A stretch of DNA of 64,000 nucleotides from Promethearchaeota archaeon (GTDB lineage Archaea; Asgardarchaeota; Heimdallarchaeia; Hodarchaeales; Hodarchaeaceae). The stretch covers positions 121,059 to 185,058 of the forward strand of contig JBHLMN010000013.1 of NCBI GenBank assembly GCA_048938105.1, given 5' to 3'. Both the position numbers and the translations under genes were made by a program. The notes under the pieces were generated by a model. The model did not search any database. It was not told the origin of the DNA and saw only the letters and a list, made by a program, of their open reading frames with translations. This document shows, piece by piece, positions 49,695 to 60,190 of the stretch. The first letter of the stretch is position 1; each line of letters starts with the position of its first letter.

Positions 49695-50399
49695 ATGACT
49701 AAGCCAATACTCTTTAAAAACCTTAATTGGATGGATGTTGAGCGATACTTAGAACACGATGATAGAATAGTGGTAACCATAGGATCATGTGAACAACATA
49801 GTTATCTAAGCCTGTTAACAGATACCATCATTCCAACGAAAGTGGCGCGGGAGGTATGTGAAAAGGAAGGAATCCTCATGACCCCATCGTTCCCCTATGG
49901 TGTTTCTTCAGCCTGGACAGCTTACCCTGGAACAATAAGTCTAAAACCAGCGACATTCATAAGCGTTATACAAGAAATAGTTGAGGGACTGTTAACTCAA
50001 GGATTTCGTCGAGTACTACTGAATAATGGTCACGGGGGGAATACTGGAGCATTAGGTTGGCTACAAGATGAGTTAAACAACACACACTCGGGAGGCATAA
50101 GGGTGAGTAGTTTTAATTGGTGGTTTCATCCTATCGTCACAAAAGTGTATGAAGAAGTAGGTTTTCCTCAAGGCCACGCAAATTGGTCTGAAAATTTCCC
50201 ATTCACCCGAGTAGGATCCGTTCCAGAAGGAGAGAAAGAGCTATTAAAGGAATGGCCCCGAGCACCAACCGCTGCTGATTATCGAACTGTATTGGGTGAT
50301 GGCTCCACTGGCGGATTGTATCAGGCTTCGGATGACGTCATGGATCAGCTCTTTGCAGCAGCAGTAGAAGCAATGGAAGCTGAACTGAGGCTGTTATGA
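49695..50399 (+). CDS. Creatininase/creatinine amidohydrolase family protein
   Basis: GSCEQH, TD, YPGTISL, NGHGGN and GHANWSE motifs. Confidence 0.92.
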   Translation: MTKPILFKNLNWMDVERYLEHDDRIVVTIGSCEQHSYLSLLTDTIIPTKVAREVCEKEGILMTPSFPYGVSSAWTAYPGTISLKPATFISVIQEIVEGLLTQGFRRVLLNNGHGGNTGALGWLQDELNNTHSGGIRVSSFNWWFHPIVTKVYEEVGFPQGHANWSENFPFTRVGSVPEGEKELLKEWPRAPTAADYRTVLGDGSTGGLYQASDDVMDQLFAAAVEAMEAELRLL

Positions 50400-50464
50400 A
50401 AATTGAAGATAGACCCAATTCAATAAACTGGATGTAAACATCAAGAATATAGTCGAGCTTGGAT

Positions 50465-51142
50465 TCATAATAAAATTGATGAGATTTCAGGTATTGCCCT
50501 GATAATCATATCTGGATTCTCTTTCTTTAGAGCCTTTTCATCAAATAATCCGGATAAAACAGCGATGGTTTTCGCACCACTGGCTTTTCCAGCACGAATA
50601 TCAAGGATGGAATCTCCAATGATGACACAGTCCCCTATAGGTACACCTAATTTTTTCGCTCCTTCAAGAAATGAATCAGGATTTGGTTTTTTAACATCCA
50701 AGGTAGTAATAATGACCTTAAAAAACGCATTTAAACGCAGTCTTATCAGTTGTTCTTTAATGAGGGATTTTTGTAGATGGCGAAAGGTGACAAGAGCTAG
50801 AGGAAAACGGTTGGATAGATCCTTTAAAACCTCATGTACCCCCAAGATAGGCTCTACTTCCCAAAGACAGACTTCATTCCAAGTTCATAACCATGCCTCA
50901 AGAAAAGCTTGATTCTTACTAGGTGATACAGAAATCATGCCATCCAAGATTTTTTCTTTTGAAAATCCTTGATCCAATCTCCTAGCGATCTCTAAAGATA
51001 TCTTTCTCACTTCTTCTTTCTCTATTTTAACATTATTGATACTCTGCAAAGCATCATTAGTCGCTTTCATGTAAGCTCTTGTTGAATCTACAACTACACC
51101 AAAAAAATCAATTAATAATCCATTAATCTTCATTCGAACCAT
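50465..51142 (-). pseudogene. HAD-family hydrolase (phosphoglycolate phosphatase-like) interrupted by an in-frame TGA
   Basis: ORFs 50885-51142 and 50465-50845 are in the same frame: FLEAWL*TWNEVCLWEVEPILGVHEVL; motifs IDFFG, LVT, KPNP and IGDSILDI. Confidence 0.8.
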
Positions 51143-51483
51143 TTTAATACTTCTAATAAAAAATTCAGTCTTTTTGTATTTAAATTCTATGGATCTTTCA
51201 TCGCCTTTAATACACGTTATGATGGCTTCTCAGATTTATCCAGAATCTACATCAATTAGAGTGCAAAAATTCTCCTTTACCTTGAATTCAGGAATTATTC
51301 TCATCTTTGAAGAGTTTATACTACAATTCTCATTAATAAAGTTATTAAAATTCAAAATTTCCCAGCCTGAAAGGATTTTAAAATAGATGATTTATAAGGG
51401 AGTCTAGAGAATTTATCCGCATTATTATTTACTGATATAAAATTACTGATATGATTCATGATAATCTCTTTAATGACGAGAAA

Positions 51484-52143
51484 CTAATGTGTCTCTATTG
51501 GAGGTTTTCTTTGTGGGGAATTGATATGTAGTATAGAGGCAACCTTATCAGCAACAGTGATTAATTCGTGAAAAATTTCTTCAGAGACACTTGGTGGTCG
51601 AAATTCGGGAGTGTTGTTATATTTATCCATAAATTCTTCTTTTGATAAATTTTGATCACGTAATAGACCTAATAACTGATAATTCCGCATTGGTCTCTCA
51701 ATCCATCGCATTACCTCATCTCCCTCTTCATCTGCAAAGATAATTACAGGTATTTTTTTCCTACCAGCAGTTGTATAAAACATTTCGACCTCTCTACTAA
51801 ATTTATCTCGAGCAGCAATTCGAAAATCCCATTTTGGAAGTTCATCTGCAAGTTTGGCAATCACAGGCACTGCATTCGCACAATCACCACACCAATTCTC
51901 TGCTATGCACAGTACACGTAATTTTTCATTCAAACGCGCAATATGATCTTGTGATAATCCCTTTACTGCAGTTTGACTAGCAAGCCAGCTATCTTCCATT
52001 CTATCTACATGTGATTCAGATCGTTCAACGTATTTCTTATACGAAATTCCATTATCAAATAATTTATAAAAAGACTCTCGTTTTTTCATGCAACATATCT
52101 CCATAATCATATTATTATGAAATTCTTCTATATTAGGAAACAA
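51484..52143 (-). CDS. Thioredoxin family protein (Thioredoxin_9-like)
   Basis: AENWCGDC, KIPVIIF and WIERP motifs. Confidence 0.88.
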   Translation of the reverse strand: MFPNIEEFHNNMIMEICCMKKRESFYKLFDNGISYKKYVERSESHVDRMEDSWLASQTAVKGLSQDHIARLNEKLRVLCIAENWCGDCANAVPVIAKLADELPKWDFRIAARDKFSREVEMFYTTAGRKKIPVIIFADEEGDEVMRWIERPMRNYQLLGLLRDQNLSKEEFMDKYNNTPEFRPPSVSEEIFHELITVADKVASILHINSPQRKPPIETH

Positions 52144-52280
52144 ACTCCAACACGAAAAGACAACTTCTATCTAATGTGGACTCATATTTTGTATCTGAAG
52201 AAACGATATCATTTTATAAGATCGATCTTCTTACCACTAATAGTAGTTAGTAGTTAAATTTGTAGGGAAGAAAAAGGACC

Positions 52281-53072
52281 ATGACAAGCGTTGAACTTGG
52301 TAATTCTATTTTATCTCACGATTTAAAACCCGAACGGCTATTAAATTTAATGACAGTAGCAGGTCTATCGCGACCTCAAGCAAGAGTGTATCTAGAATTA
52401 ATAAGAAAGAAAGAATCGACCGCCAGCGATCTTTGCAAAGCAACTGGAGTAAAAGATTCTAGAATTTATAGAATATTAAACGAACTTGAACAAATTGGAT
52501 TAATAATGGTCCAAACTTCCATACCAAAACTTTACATGGTCGTACCATTAGTAGAAGGACTTCATAACCTTCAAGAACGCCTAGAAAGTGATTTCAATAA
52601 AAAGAAAAGCGCTATCAAAGAGCTTAACCTTCGATTGACTCCATTATTTGATTCAACAGTATCAATTCCATCAGCCATCGCATTTATTATCAAAGGCCAA
52701 AAAAATATAATCAATAAGATTCATCATGAGTTATCAAAAGTGGAGACGGGGATTCTCATCCGATTTCCAAACCCAGAGCTATATTTTAAGTTTGAGCCAA
52801 TCTTATTAGATTTACAGAAGAATGGAATTAAGATAAATGCTGGATTGTGTCAACGTTCGATGAAAAAATTAAGAGAGGAGTTCAAACAGATACCTGAACT
52901 ACCCCTGATCATCTGTAAAAAATGTTGTGATTGTTTCTATTTGATGATTGATGAAAATTATTTACTCTCTGTTTCCAACTGGAACTCAACTAATGTTTAT
53001 GCTATTTGGACATCTGATACGAGTCTTCTCAACATCACCTCGTTCTTTAGTGATTCTAATATTATCGAGTGA
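52281..53072 (+). CDS. TrmB family transcriptional regulator
   Basis: GLSRPQARVYLEL, SRIYRILNELEQIGLI and PKLY wHTH, followed by an effector domain. Confidence 0.9.
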   Translation: MTSVELGNSILSHDLKPERLLNLMTVAGLSRPQARVYLELIRKKESTASDLCKATGVKDSRIYRILNELEQIGLIMVQTSIPKLYMVVPLVEGLHNLQERLESDFNKKKSAIKELNLRLTPLFDSTVSIPSAIAFIIKGQKNIINKIHHELSKVETGILIRFPNPELYFKFEPILLDLQKNGIKINAGLCQRSMKKLREEFKQIPELPLIICKKCCDCFYLMIDENYLLSVSNWNSTNVYAIWTSDTSLLNITSFFSDSNIIE

Positions 53073-53166
53073 ATCCAAATTTTGTATTTTTATCAACAAA
53101 ATACTCCAATTCGAAATATTATTAATACAAAGAATACTGTATGAATAAAAAGAGGCGAATTCTAAA

Positions 53167-53547
53167 ATGTCAAAAGTAGAACAATCCATTGAAAAAAATC
53201 TTGTTATTCAAGGAGTTATTGTTGCAGATCCTGATAATAGATGTTATGGTTCAGAATCAGGATTTCCATATTATGACACCCGATTTATATTAGAATTGAA
53301 AACTGAGGTGGTGGCAACTTTTAAAAGATCAGAACCAGTGAAACTGAGTACAGGAGAGAAAATTCCCGTCAAAATCAGAGAGGAATGTTACATTCGAAAA
53401 GGAGACGAAGTTACGGTAGTTGAAGCGAGAATGAATAAGTTAAAACACAAAGTTGCTACTGTCGGAGAGTTAGCTATACCAGATTCAATTTATCTTGAGT
53501 CTTACATGCTCTATAATGAAACACTGGGTTTTAGTTTTAATTTTTAA
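53167..53547 (+). CDS. Hypothetical protein, possibly OB-fold
   Basis: IQGVIV...IRKGDEVTV beta pattern. Confidence 0.6.
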   Translation: MSKVEQSIEKNLVIQGVIVADPDNRCYGSESGFPYYDTRFILELKTEVVATFKRSEPVKLSTGEKIPVKIREECYIRKGDEVTVVEARMNKLKHKVATVGELAIPDSIYLESYMLYNETLGFSFNF

Positions 53548-53584
53548 CAAAAGAAGTGAATAAACCTTCTTTCTTATTCCATTA

Positions 53585-54550
53585 ATGAATAAACCGGTGA
53601 ATGTCATGCAGATTAAGCCATTAAATGCGTCTATTGAGCGATCTAACATTGTTGATATATGGAAACAAATGTGGAACCATTTAATGCCTGAAGAACCTAC
53701 CCTAACTGGAGAAGAATTTAATACATTGCTAATACGTGAAGATCAGACTGTTATTGAACGTGATCTTCTGGTTACGGTGGATAATCAAGAAAAAATAATT
53801 GGTTATACTGGTTTAATGAAATCCTCAACACGAGATTATTGGAGGATTATGAATGTTGTATTACCAGAATATATTCAATCGAATCTTCCAGGAAAACAAT
53901 TGGATGCTATTGTTAATCTTGCAAAGAAACAGGCTGCTCCAAAACTCCGATTTTATTCAAGAGAAGGCTTTAATCCCCTTAATAAAAAACTCAAGGAAAT
54001 GGGTATAAAACCTATTCAATATGGCTGGTGGATGCGTTTGGATGATTTTGAATCACTACCTCAATCAGTAATTCCATCAGGTATCAAACTTAAGAAACAA
54101 AAAGATATCGATAATTTAAACCAGTATATTGCAGTTTATAATGAAGTTCATAAAGACGCTTTTGAGTTTGAACCCTATACGGAGGAAAAAATAAAATATT
54201 TCTTCAACCAAATGAAAAATTATCTTGATATCGAACATTGTTTTGCATTAGACGGAAATGAACTTGTTGGGTTATGTTATATTACAAACGATCCAGAAAA
54301 ACAGCATATTGGGACAATTAATTCAGTGGGGGTTCTTCCTAGTTATCGATACCAAGGGATTGGTAGTGCCTTGATGATGTTTGGAATCCAATTGCAACGT
54401 GAGAAGAAGTGTAAGATGATCGAGCTAAGTGTCATGGCTGATAATGAACAGGCATTAGCGCTCTACAAAAAGTTTGGATTTTACAAATTGGCCTTACGAA
54501 CACAATACATATATGAAGTTAATCCGTTTGAATATGTTAATAAGCTCTAA
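53585..54550 (+). CDS. Tandem GNAT acetyltransferase (MshD-like architecture)
   Basis: VGVLPSYRYQGIGSAL and LSVMADNEQALALYKKFGF; degenerate N-terminal GNAT. Confidence 0.87.
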   Translation: MNKPVNVMQIKPLNASIERSNIVDIWKQMWNHLMPEEPTLTGEEFNTLLIREDQTVIERDLLVTVDNQEKIIGYTGLMKSSTRDYWRIMNVVLPEYIQSNLPGKQLDAIVNLAKKQAAPKLRFYSREGFNPLNKKLKEMGIKPIQYGWWMRLDDFESLPQSVIPSGIKLKKQKDIDNLNQYIAVYNEVHKDAFEFEPYTEEKIKYFFNQMKNYLDIEHCFALDGNELVGLCYITNDPEKQHIGTINSVGVLPSYRYQGIGSALMMFGIQLQREKKCKMIELSVMADNEQALALYKKFGFYKLALRTQYIYEVNPFEYVNKL

Positions 54551-54562
54551 TAAGATATTGAC

Positions 54563-54874
54563 TTGAAACAAGAGGCGGTAATTGTGGATACTGAAGCTTT
54601 GAAAGAAGCAGCATTAAACATTTTCAATGCTATTTTTACTAATCAAGATAGGGTCGAACTAGAGGGACGAATCTATCCTATTCATCAAACAAAAACAGGT
54701 TTGCGGAATGTGACCTATTCAGATATCTGGTTCATTGAGCAAAATCCACAAAAAGATTCTCGTTACGCACATATGGCTCGTGAAGGACATAAAATCCTGT
54801 GGGGATTGAAAAAACGAACTTATGTGTTACGAGTCATTGATGGGAATTTTATCTTTCTAAAAAAGATCAAGTAG
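54563..54874 (+). CDS. Hypothetical protein
   Basis: 103-aa ORF with IEQNPQKDSRYA...GHKILW motif; function unknown. Confidence 0.65.
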   Translation: MKQEAVIVDTEALKEAALNIFNAIFTNQDRVELEGRIYPIHQTKTGLRNVTYSDIWFIEQNPQKDSRYAHMAREGHKILWGLKKRTYVLRVIDGNFIFLKKIK

Positions 54875-54989
54875 TATGGTATAGTATTCATTGATCGACT
54901 ATTCCCGTAGCTTGAGTCTCCTTTATGAAAATCGAAGCTCATTTCTCATAAAGCTAGATTTTCTTTAAGGTGAATGAAAGGTATAACAA

Positions 54990-56027
54990 ATGAGTCGGTC
55001 TATTTTTAATTTCCTGTTTCTTATGTTCCTATTTTCACTACCATTGATTGCTGTCGGATTTATTGTTTACAGTCAAGACCGAATAACATCGAACGATGAA
55101 TTCTTCACAAATTCAATCAGTCCACCACCCAAACTCAATGTTACTTCATGGACACTACGTGTCTACGGACACGTGGAATCGCCATTAGTATTTAATTATG
55201 AAAATTTCACCTCACAACCATCTCAATTGGAAATTGCGACGATTAGATGTGTAGAGGGATATTCAGGTACAGCAGGATGGCGTGGAATATCGTTAAAATA
55301 TATTTTGAATCTGGCTCAAGTCAAAAGTGGTGCTATTGATGTAATTTTTTATGCATACGATGGCTATTCATCATCCTTAACCATAAGTGAAGCCACCAAA
55401 GATGATGTTCTTTTAGCATATGAGATGAATGGTGAGCCCTTACCTGTGAATCAAGGCTTTCCTGTGAGAGTTGTAGCGCCTGGACACGCTGGGTATAAGT
55501 GGGTGATGTGGATCTATGAGATAAAGGTCGTAAATTTTGATTACCAAGGTTTCTGGGAAACACGCGGTTGGAGTGATGATGCAAGCTACACAACACTTAA
55601 AGATTGGGTTCTTCACGCGACTATTTTTTCAATAACTTTCTTATTAGGGGGATTTTCAATTATATCAGGATTGAAAAGTACAAGACGGATTCATGAATTG
55701 GAACTACCTGGATTTATTGCGAATAGAAAGTTTCATATTCTTGTGACCACAAGTTACTTGATTTCTGCAATCGTGACTTTCACATACTGGGTAGTTCAGA
55801 CATTGATACTAAGGGGGAATGTATTCTATTCACTCCATGGTTTAATCGCTTTATTGAGTGTGATAGGGTTGTTAAGTACTGGAATAACAGGATTACTCAA
55901 AGTGAAAGGGGTGAAAGGGCAGAGATCGTGGCATCTGAAGTTAAGCACGTACTCTTTCATTTGTTATATAGTAACAATAGTATTAGGAATATTAATCGGG
56001 CTTGGGTTTCGTTCATTTATCTCCTGA
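54990..56027 (+). CDS. Sulfite-oxidase-family molybdopterin oxidoreductase fused to a 4-TM cytochrome b561-like domain
   Basis: TIRCVEG (Mo-Cys), DGYSSSL, LAYEMNGEPL, GFPVR, GYKWVMW and GFWETRGW; four TMs each carrying a His. Confidence 0.85.
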   Translation: MSRSIFNFLFLMFLFSLPLIAVGFIVYSQDRITSNDEFFTNSISPPPKLNVTSWTLRVYGHVESPLVFNYENFTSQPSQLEIATIRCVEGYSGTAGWRGISLKYILNLAQVKSGAIDVIFYAYDGYSSSLTISEATKDDVLLAYEMNGEPLPVNQGFPVRVVAPGHAGYKWVMWIYEIKVVNFDYQGFWETRGWSDDASYTTLKDWVLHATIFSITFLLGGFSIISGLKSTRRIHELELPGFIANRKFHILVTTSYLISAIVTFTYWVVQTLILRGNVFYSLHGLIALLSVIGLLSTGITGLLKVKGVKGQRSWHLKLSTYSFICYIVTIVLGILIGLGFRSFIS

Positions 56028-56213
56028 ATATGGGTACTCACATTTCAATGAATCAGTATGGAATTCTTTGTCTTAATTTTCGTACTAATCCAGAATGCTT
56101 TTAATAGACTAAGTCTGAAATATAAGAAAGATATGAGAGGATTGTATCTTGGGAATCAATGACATGAGCATCATTATTATGATGATCAAGTCATGAATTA
56201 GAAATGAACACTG

Positions 56214-57839
56214 ATGTCTTTAAAAGACTTATTTGAACAAAGAAAGTACCAGGAAATCTTAGATCAAGTGAAACAGCTTGAAGAGAAGGGGTCTTCCTCC
56301 TCCAGATCGGTTGCAGAACAAGTTGACCTTACTTATTATCAAAGTCGTGCTTTGGGAAGACTGGGGCAACATGAAAAAGCTTTGCTCGTAGTAACCCAAA
56401 TTCGTGAGAGAATATCACCAATTCAAGATAAAATAATTACTCTAAAGCTTTTGATAGCCAATTTTTATGCTTTATACCTACAAGAACAGTACAAAGAAAC
56501 CACATCTGTCTTACAGGAGGGTGATTTTATTATAAAGTCTCTGTCAGGTACAGAACGCGAAAGAGGAATGGAATGGGTAGCCCTGTATTATAATATTCAG
56601 GGTATTTCTAACTTCCAGAAGGGTGAATTCATATTAGCATTAGATCATTTAAATCACAGCTTGGAATTATATGAAAGATTAGAGGAACCAATTGATATTT
56701 TATTACCTATATATAATATAGGAATAATAAACTTGACAATAGGTAACCAATCAGTAGAACTTCTACAACGTGGATTAAGCATAGCAGAGGAGTATAATCA
56801 ACCCTGGTATGTTGCAGACATGTTAATTATGATTGCTTGGATGTTAACAAGAAAAGGTGAGGTCAATGGGGCCTTAAAATATGCCCAACGTGGATTAGCT
56901 CTTATCAAAACTCATGGTGATAAGGAAGGTTTGGCAAACACCTTGAATTGTCTGGGTTGGGTTTATCGTGCAAAAGGGGAGCTTGATACTTCGTTAAGGC
57001 ACTTACATCATAGTTTATCGTTGTACAAGGAATTAGAAAATCAAGTAGCTATTGGCCACCTTTTGAACAATATTGGACATGTATATTGGTTGAAAAACGA
57101 CCTTACCAAGGCTTTGGATTATCACCAACGCAGTTTAACACTCCGAGAAGAAATAGAGGTCGATATGGACATTGTAGAATCACTCGGTAACCTTATATTG
57201 GTTTCATTGGGCCAACAAAATTACGATCAAGCACGAATTTATATTGATCAAATACAAAAAATGCATGAACGACATTCAGAGAATTTTTATAGGATTAACA
57301 AACTCTATTTTGAAGCTTTACTTTTAAAACAAAGTGGGCGAATGAGAGATAAAGCTAGAGCTCAGGGTCTCTTCAAAGATATTATCAACGAAAAACATGA
57401 GTTACTAGGATTCAAATATGAGTCGATGATTCAATCATGTGAACTCCTGTTAATAGAAATGAAATCATTTGGTGATCCTAGAGCACTTGAAGAGGCGAAA
57501 ATCCTCGTCCAGCAACTACATTCCCTTTCACGAAATGATCCTACATACTTCATTGAAATTTTACTCTTAGAATCCAAGTTCGCTGTTATTGAGGGAGATT
57601 TTCAGCAGGCATTCAAACATCTTGAAGAAGCACAACGGATCACAGAGGATAGGAAACTAGAACTACTCAATCAACGTGTTCGAATTGAGCATGAACATCT
57701 CGAAAAAGAACTTGATAATTGGAGAGAGATCTTCGAAAGAAATGCACCTCTGCAAGAGCGACTCAAAAGAGCAAGAGTCGAAGAATACATCATAGAAGCG
57801 AAAAAACTAGTCACACCACTACAATCCCCTGTTCATTGA
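56214..57839 (+). CDS. Tetratricopeptide repeat protein (paralogue of 21133-22824)
   Basis: LNNIGHVY..K.DL.KALDYHQRSL repeats; LLKQSGR and CELLLIE shared with the paralogue. Confidence 0.88.
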   Translation: MSLKDLFEQRKYQEILDQVKQLEEKGSSSSRSVAEQVDLTYYQSRALGRLGQHEKALLVVTQIRERISPIQDKIITLKLLIANFYALYLQEQYKETTSVLQEGDFIIKSLSGTERERGMEWVALYYNIQGISNFQKGEFILALDHLNHSLELYERLEEPIDILLPIYNIGIINLTIGNQSVELLQRGLSIAEEYNQPWYVADMLIMIAWMLTRKGEVNGALKYAQRGLALIKTHGDKEGLANTLNCLGWVYRAKGELDTSLRHLHHSLSLYKELENQVAIGHLLNNIGHVYWLKNDLTKALDYHQRSLTLREEIEVDMDIVESLGNLILVSLGQQNYDQARIYIDQIQKMHERHSENFYRINKLYFEALLLKQSGRMRDKARAQGLFKDIINEKHELLGFKYESMIQSCELLLIEMKSFGDPRALEEAKILVQQLHSLSRNDPTYFIEILLLESKFAVIEGDFQQAFKHLEEAQRITEDRKLELLNQRVRIEHEHLEKELDNWREIFERNAPLQERLKRARVEEYIIEAKKLVTPLQSPVH

Positions 57840-58650
57840 GAGGTAGATCTAATTTTCTTAAGAAAACCAGCATTCCTGCAACAATTATCGAATAATACAC
57901 CACGTGTCTTACTAAGTCAGTTAAGGAAAAAAGGGTAATATAATGCCATGTCTCTTCTGAAGTACTGGGGCGTATCATTATGTCTGGAATAAAACTCAAG
58001 GTAATTAATTGAACAATTATCCCAAATATAAATGCAGAAATTAAACTCATTAAGAGGATATCTACCTGTGGTACAGATTTTCGAGAGATGAATAGATCAA
58101 TACAGACCAATCCTATAGCAACAAGGGATAGTGTGCTCAAGACCCCAGAAATAATAACAGGATTCAGATAATACAAAGACAATTCATTAACAATAATTAC
58201 TCCTAGGTTTACAAGTGCTGGAATTCCTTTCATCCTAAATTGACAGAAATAATTGTCATAATAAAAATAAAGAAAACTAATAGCAACTCCTGATCCTATA
58301 TTAGATATAAAAGCTGAAAGGCTAATAGTCACCCAACTTCCGTCAATCAGCGGAATTTGGATTGAAAAATAATAATTACTCTCCAAAGGAATTAGACTCC
58401 ATCCTGTAAAATGGATCCAAACTATCCAGACGCTTTCTATGAAAAACAGGAATTGTGAAACAAGTAAAATCTCAAAAAGGACGAGAAAGCGATTATAAAG
58501 TAGCTGGCTAGGTAAGTATTGAGATGAATCTTGTTTTAACCGCCTCTGTTTAAACTTTTCGTGGCTTACAATCACGATAAAAACTATAGTAGAAAAGAAT
58601 ATCACAATATGGATAAAAGCAAAGGTTACCACATCTTGAGGAAGCGCCAT
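57811..58650 (-). CDS. Hypothetical 7-TM membrane protein
   Basis: About seven hydrophobic helices in 279 aa. Confidence 0.6.
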   Translation of the reverse strand: MALPQDVVTFAFIHIVIFFSTIVFIVIVSHEKFKQRRLKQDSSQYLPSQLLYNRFLVLFEILLVSQFLFFIESVWIVWIHFTGWSLIPLESNYYFSIQIPLIDGSWVTISLSAFISNIGSGVAISFLYFYYDNYFCQFRMKGIPALVNLGVIIVNELSLYYLNPVIISGVLSTLSLVAIGLVCIDLFISRKSVPQVDILLMSLISAFIFGIIVQLITLSFIPDIMIRPSTSEETWHYITLFSLTDLVRHVVYYSIIVAGMLVFLRKLDLPLNEQGIVVV

Positions 58651-58959
58651 AAGGAAACAACTCTTAGTAGAAATATAAAAGCATCTACCATGAAAGTATC
58701 ATTCTCTCCTGAGAATAAAAGTATCACTCTTGAGATAAATATGTTCATGTAATAAAAAGGAAAGAAGACACAATTATATGTTTTTTCTGTTTGCCCTCAT
58801 CAGTTATCACTAGCTTGAAGTCTGTAGCTGTCGGTTTCACTCGATTTTTTTGATCCCTAAGCATGATATTCTGGATATCTTCTGATTGTATATAAATGAA
58901 GGAAGAAGAACACAACTGAGAATAAAACAGAAAACACCTAAACAGTAGAGGATCATAAG

Positions 58960-59316
58960 ATGTTCACACCTATCCCTATCATTAAACCGATTGAGAGCTC
59001 CTATGCTCAACAGAGAAGGATTGAAAAAGAAGATGTACACCTTTTTTGCGTAAAAACAAACCCTGATGAATTACAATCACTTTCCTCTCCTTCCATGCCA
59101 TTAAAGGAGAAGGAAGTTTATTTACTCATTAATCAAGCCCTACGTAAGATCTTCTTGTGGATCGGAATGGATGCCTCCGCTCGTTCCAAATTCGTAGGGG
59201 CTCATTCTGCAAATGTAATCCAACGAGAAACAGGGATTGTTTATCGAGTAGAAAACGTGGATCGAAAATCGAAATCTGCCGATTTTAAGCAAACATTAGC
59301 ATTATTCGAAGCTTAG
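58960..59316 (+). CDS. Single-domain gelsolin-like protein
   Basis: L..KEVYLLI...RKIFLWIG..AS.RSKFVGA..A..I...F pattern of the gelsolin fold. Confidence 0.8.
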   Translation: MFTPIPIIKPIESSYAQQRRIEKEDVHLFCVKTNPDELQSLSSPSMPLKEKEVYLLINQALRKIFLWIGMDASARSKFVGAHSANVIQRETGIVYRVENVDRKSKSADFKQTLALFEA

Positions 59317-59436
59317 GATAAAATTCTTGAACAATTTACCAAAAAATGTGAGGAAAATATCAAGAGGAGACCTTACCACCAAGCATCTAGAATATAAATT
59401 CCACATGGAAGAAAAATACTACTCTATCTACACTGA

Positions 59437-59820
59437 TTATTTTTCCATGGGTTGGGAAATTTTATGAACAATCCACCAAGTACCGCCAATTTTCATAAGA
59501 TTGAAGTAGTCAAGGTACTTAACGTTTTGATTTTCAATGCTTATCTTAGCTTGAGCATTGTTTTTATAAACATCAACATAAAAAACTTCAGTTTTCCATT
59601 GTAAGCTGGAGTCAACATTTTGTGGATCATACCAGGAGTAATACTCCTTTTTATCAACGACTTTTAATTTACTTTGATCATCAAACATAAAAAATTTCCA
59701 TTCATCATGTAACACCTGTTCATACAAATGGGGGTCTGCTTTCACATGTCCTTCGTGATAATAATCCATAATCGCTTTTTTTATGAGATCTACTTCCTGA
59801 TTGTGTCTTACATTTTTCAT
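59437..59820 (-). CDS. NTF2-like protein (Lumazine_bd_2 type)
   Basis: IMDYYHEG, AQAKI and YLDYFNLMKIGGTWWIVHKI motifs. Confidence 0.85.
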   Translation of the reverse strand: MKNVRHNQEVDLIKKAIMDYYHEGHVKADPHLYEQVLHDEWKFFMFDDQSKLKVVDKKEYYSWYDPQNVDSSLQWKTEVFYVDVYKNNAQAKISIENQNVKYLDYFNLMKIGGTWWIVHKISQPMEK

Positions 59821-60190
59821 CGATCATCAATCTCCTCAGATACCTATTCATAAGTAAGAATTTCCATTTTTATTCTTTTGGGTGTGGGTAAAACCAACTA
59901 GAAGTTTTGATGACAAGTGTAAAGGAACATTCCATTTTTGCTTCAGGAAACAAGTATGGATACAAGAAGATTAACAGATTTAATCACAATATTACCGATA
60001 TAATATATAACAAAGATTGCGAGGGACTGAAAAAACCAATTGATTCAGTTAAAAGACTGTACCAATAAGAATAAAAAAAACTCTGAACATTGAACGAAAC
60101 ATACTCCTTCTAATTATATTGATAACAAGTAATAATGATAAAGAAATCTAGAACTAAAATTTATTTGAGGATCTAATTGAGGGAATTAGT

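Noticed and set aside
57811-58650. Microbial rhodopsin or heliorhodopsin
   Set aside because: No retinal-binding Lys motif in the seventh helix and no RYxDW-like motif.
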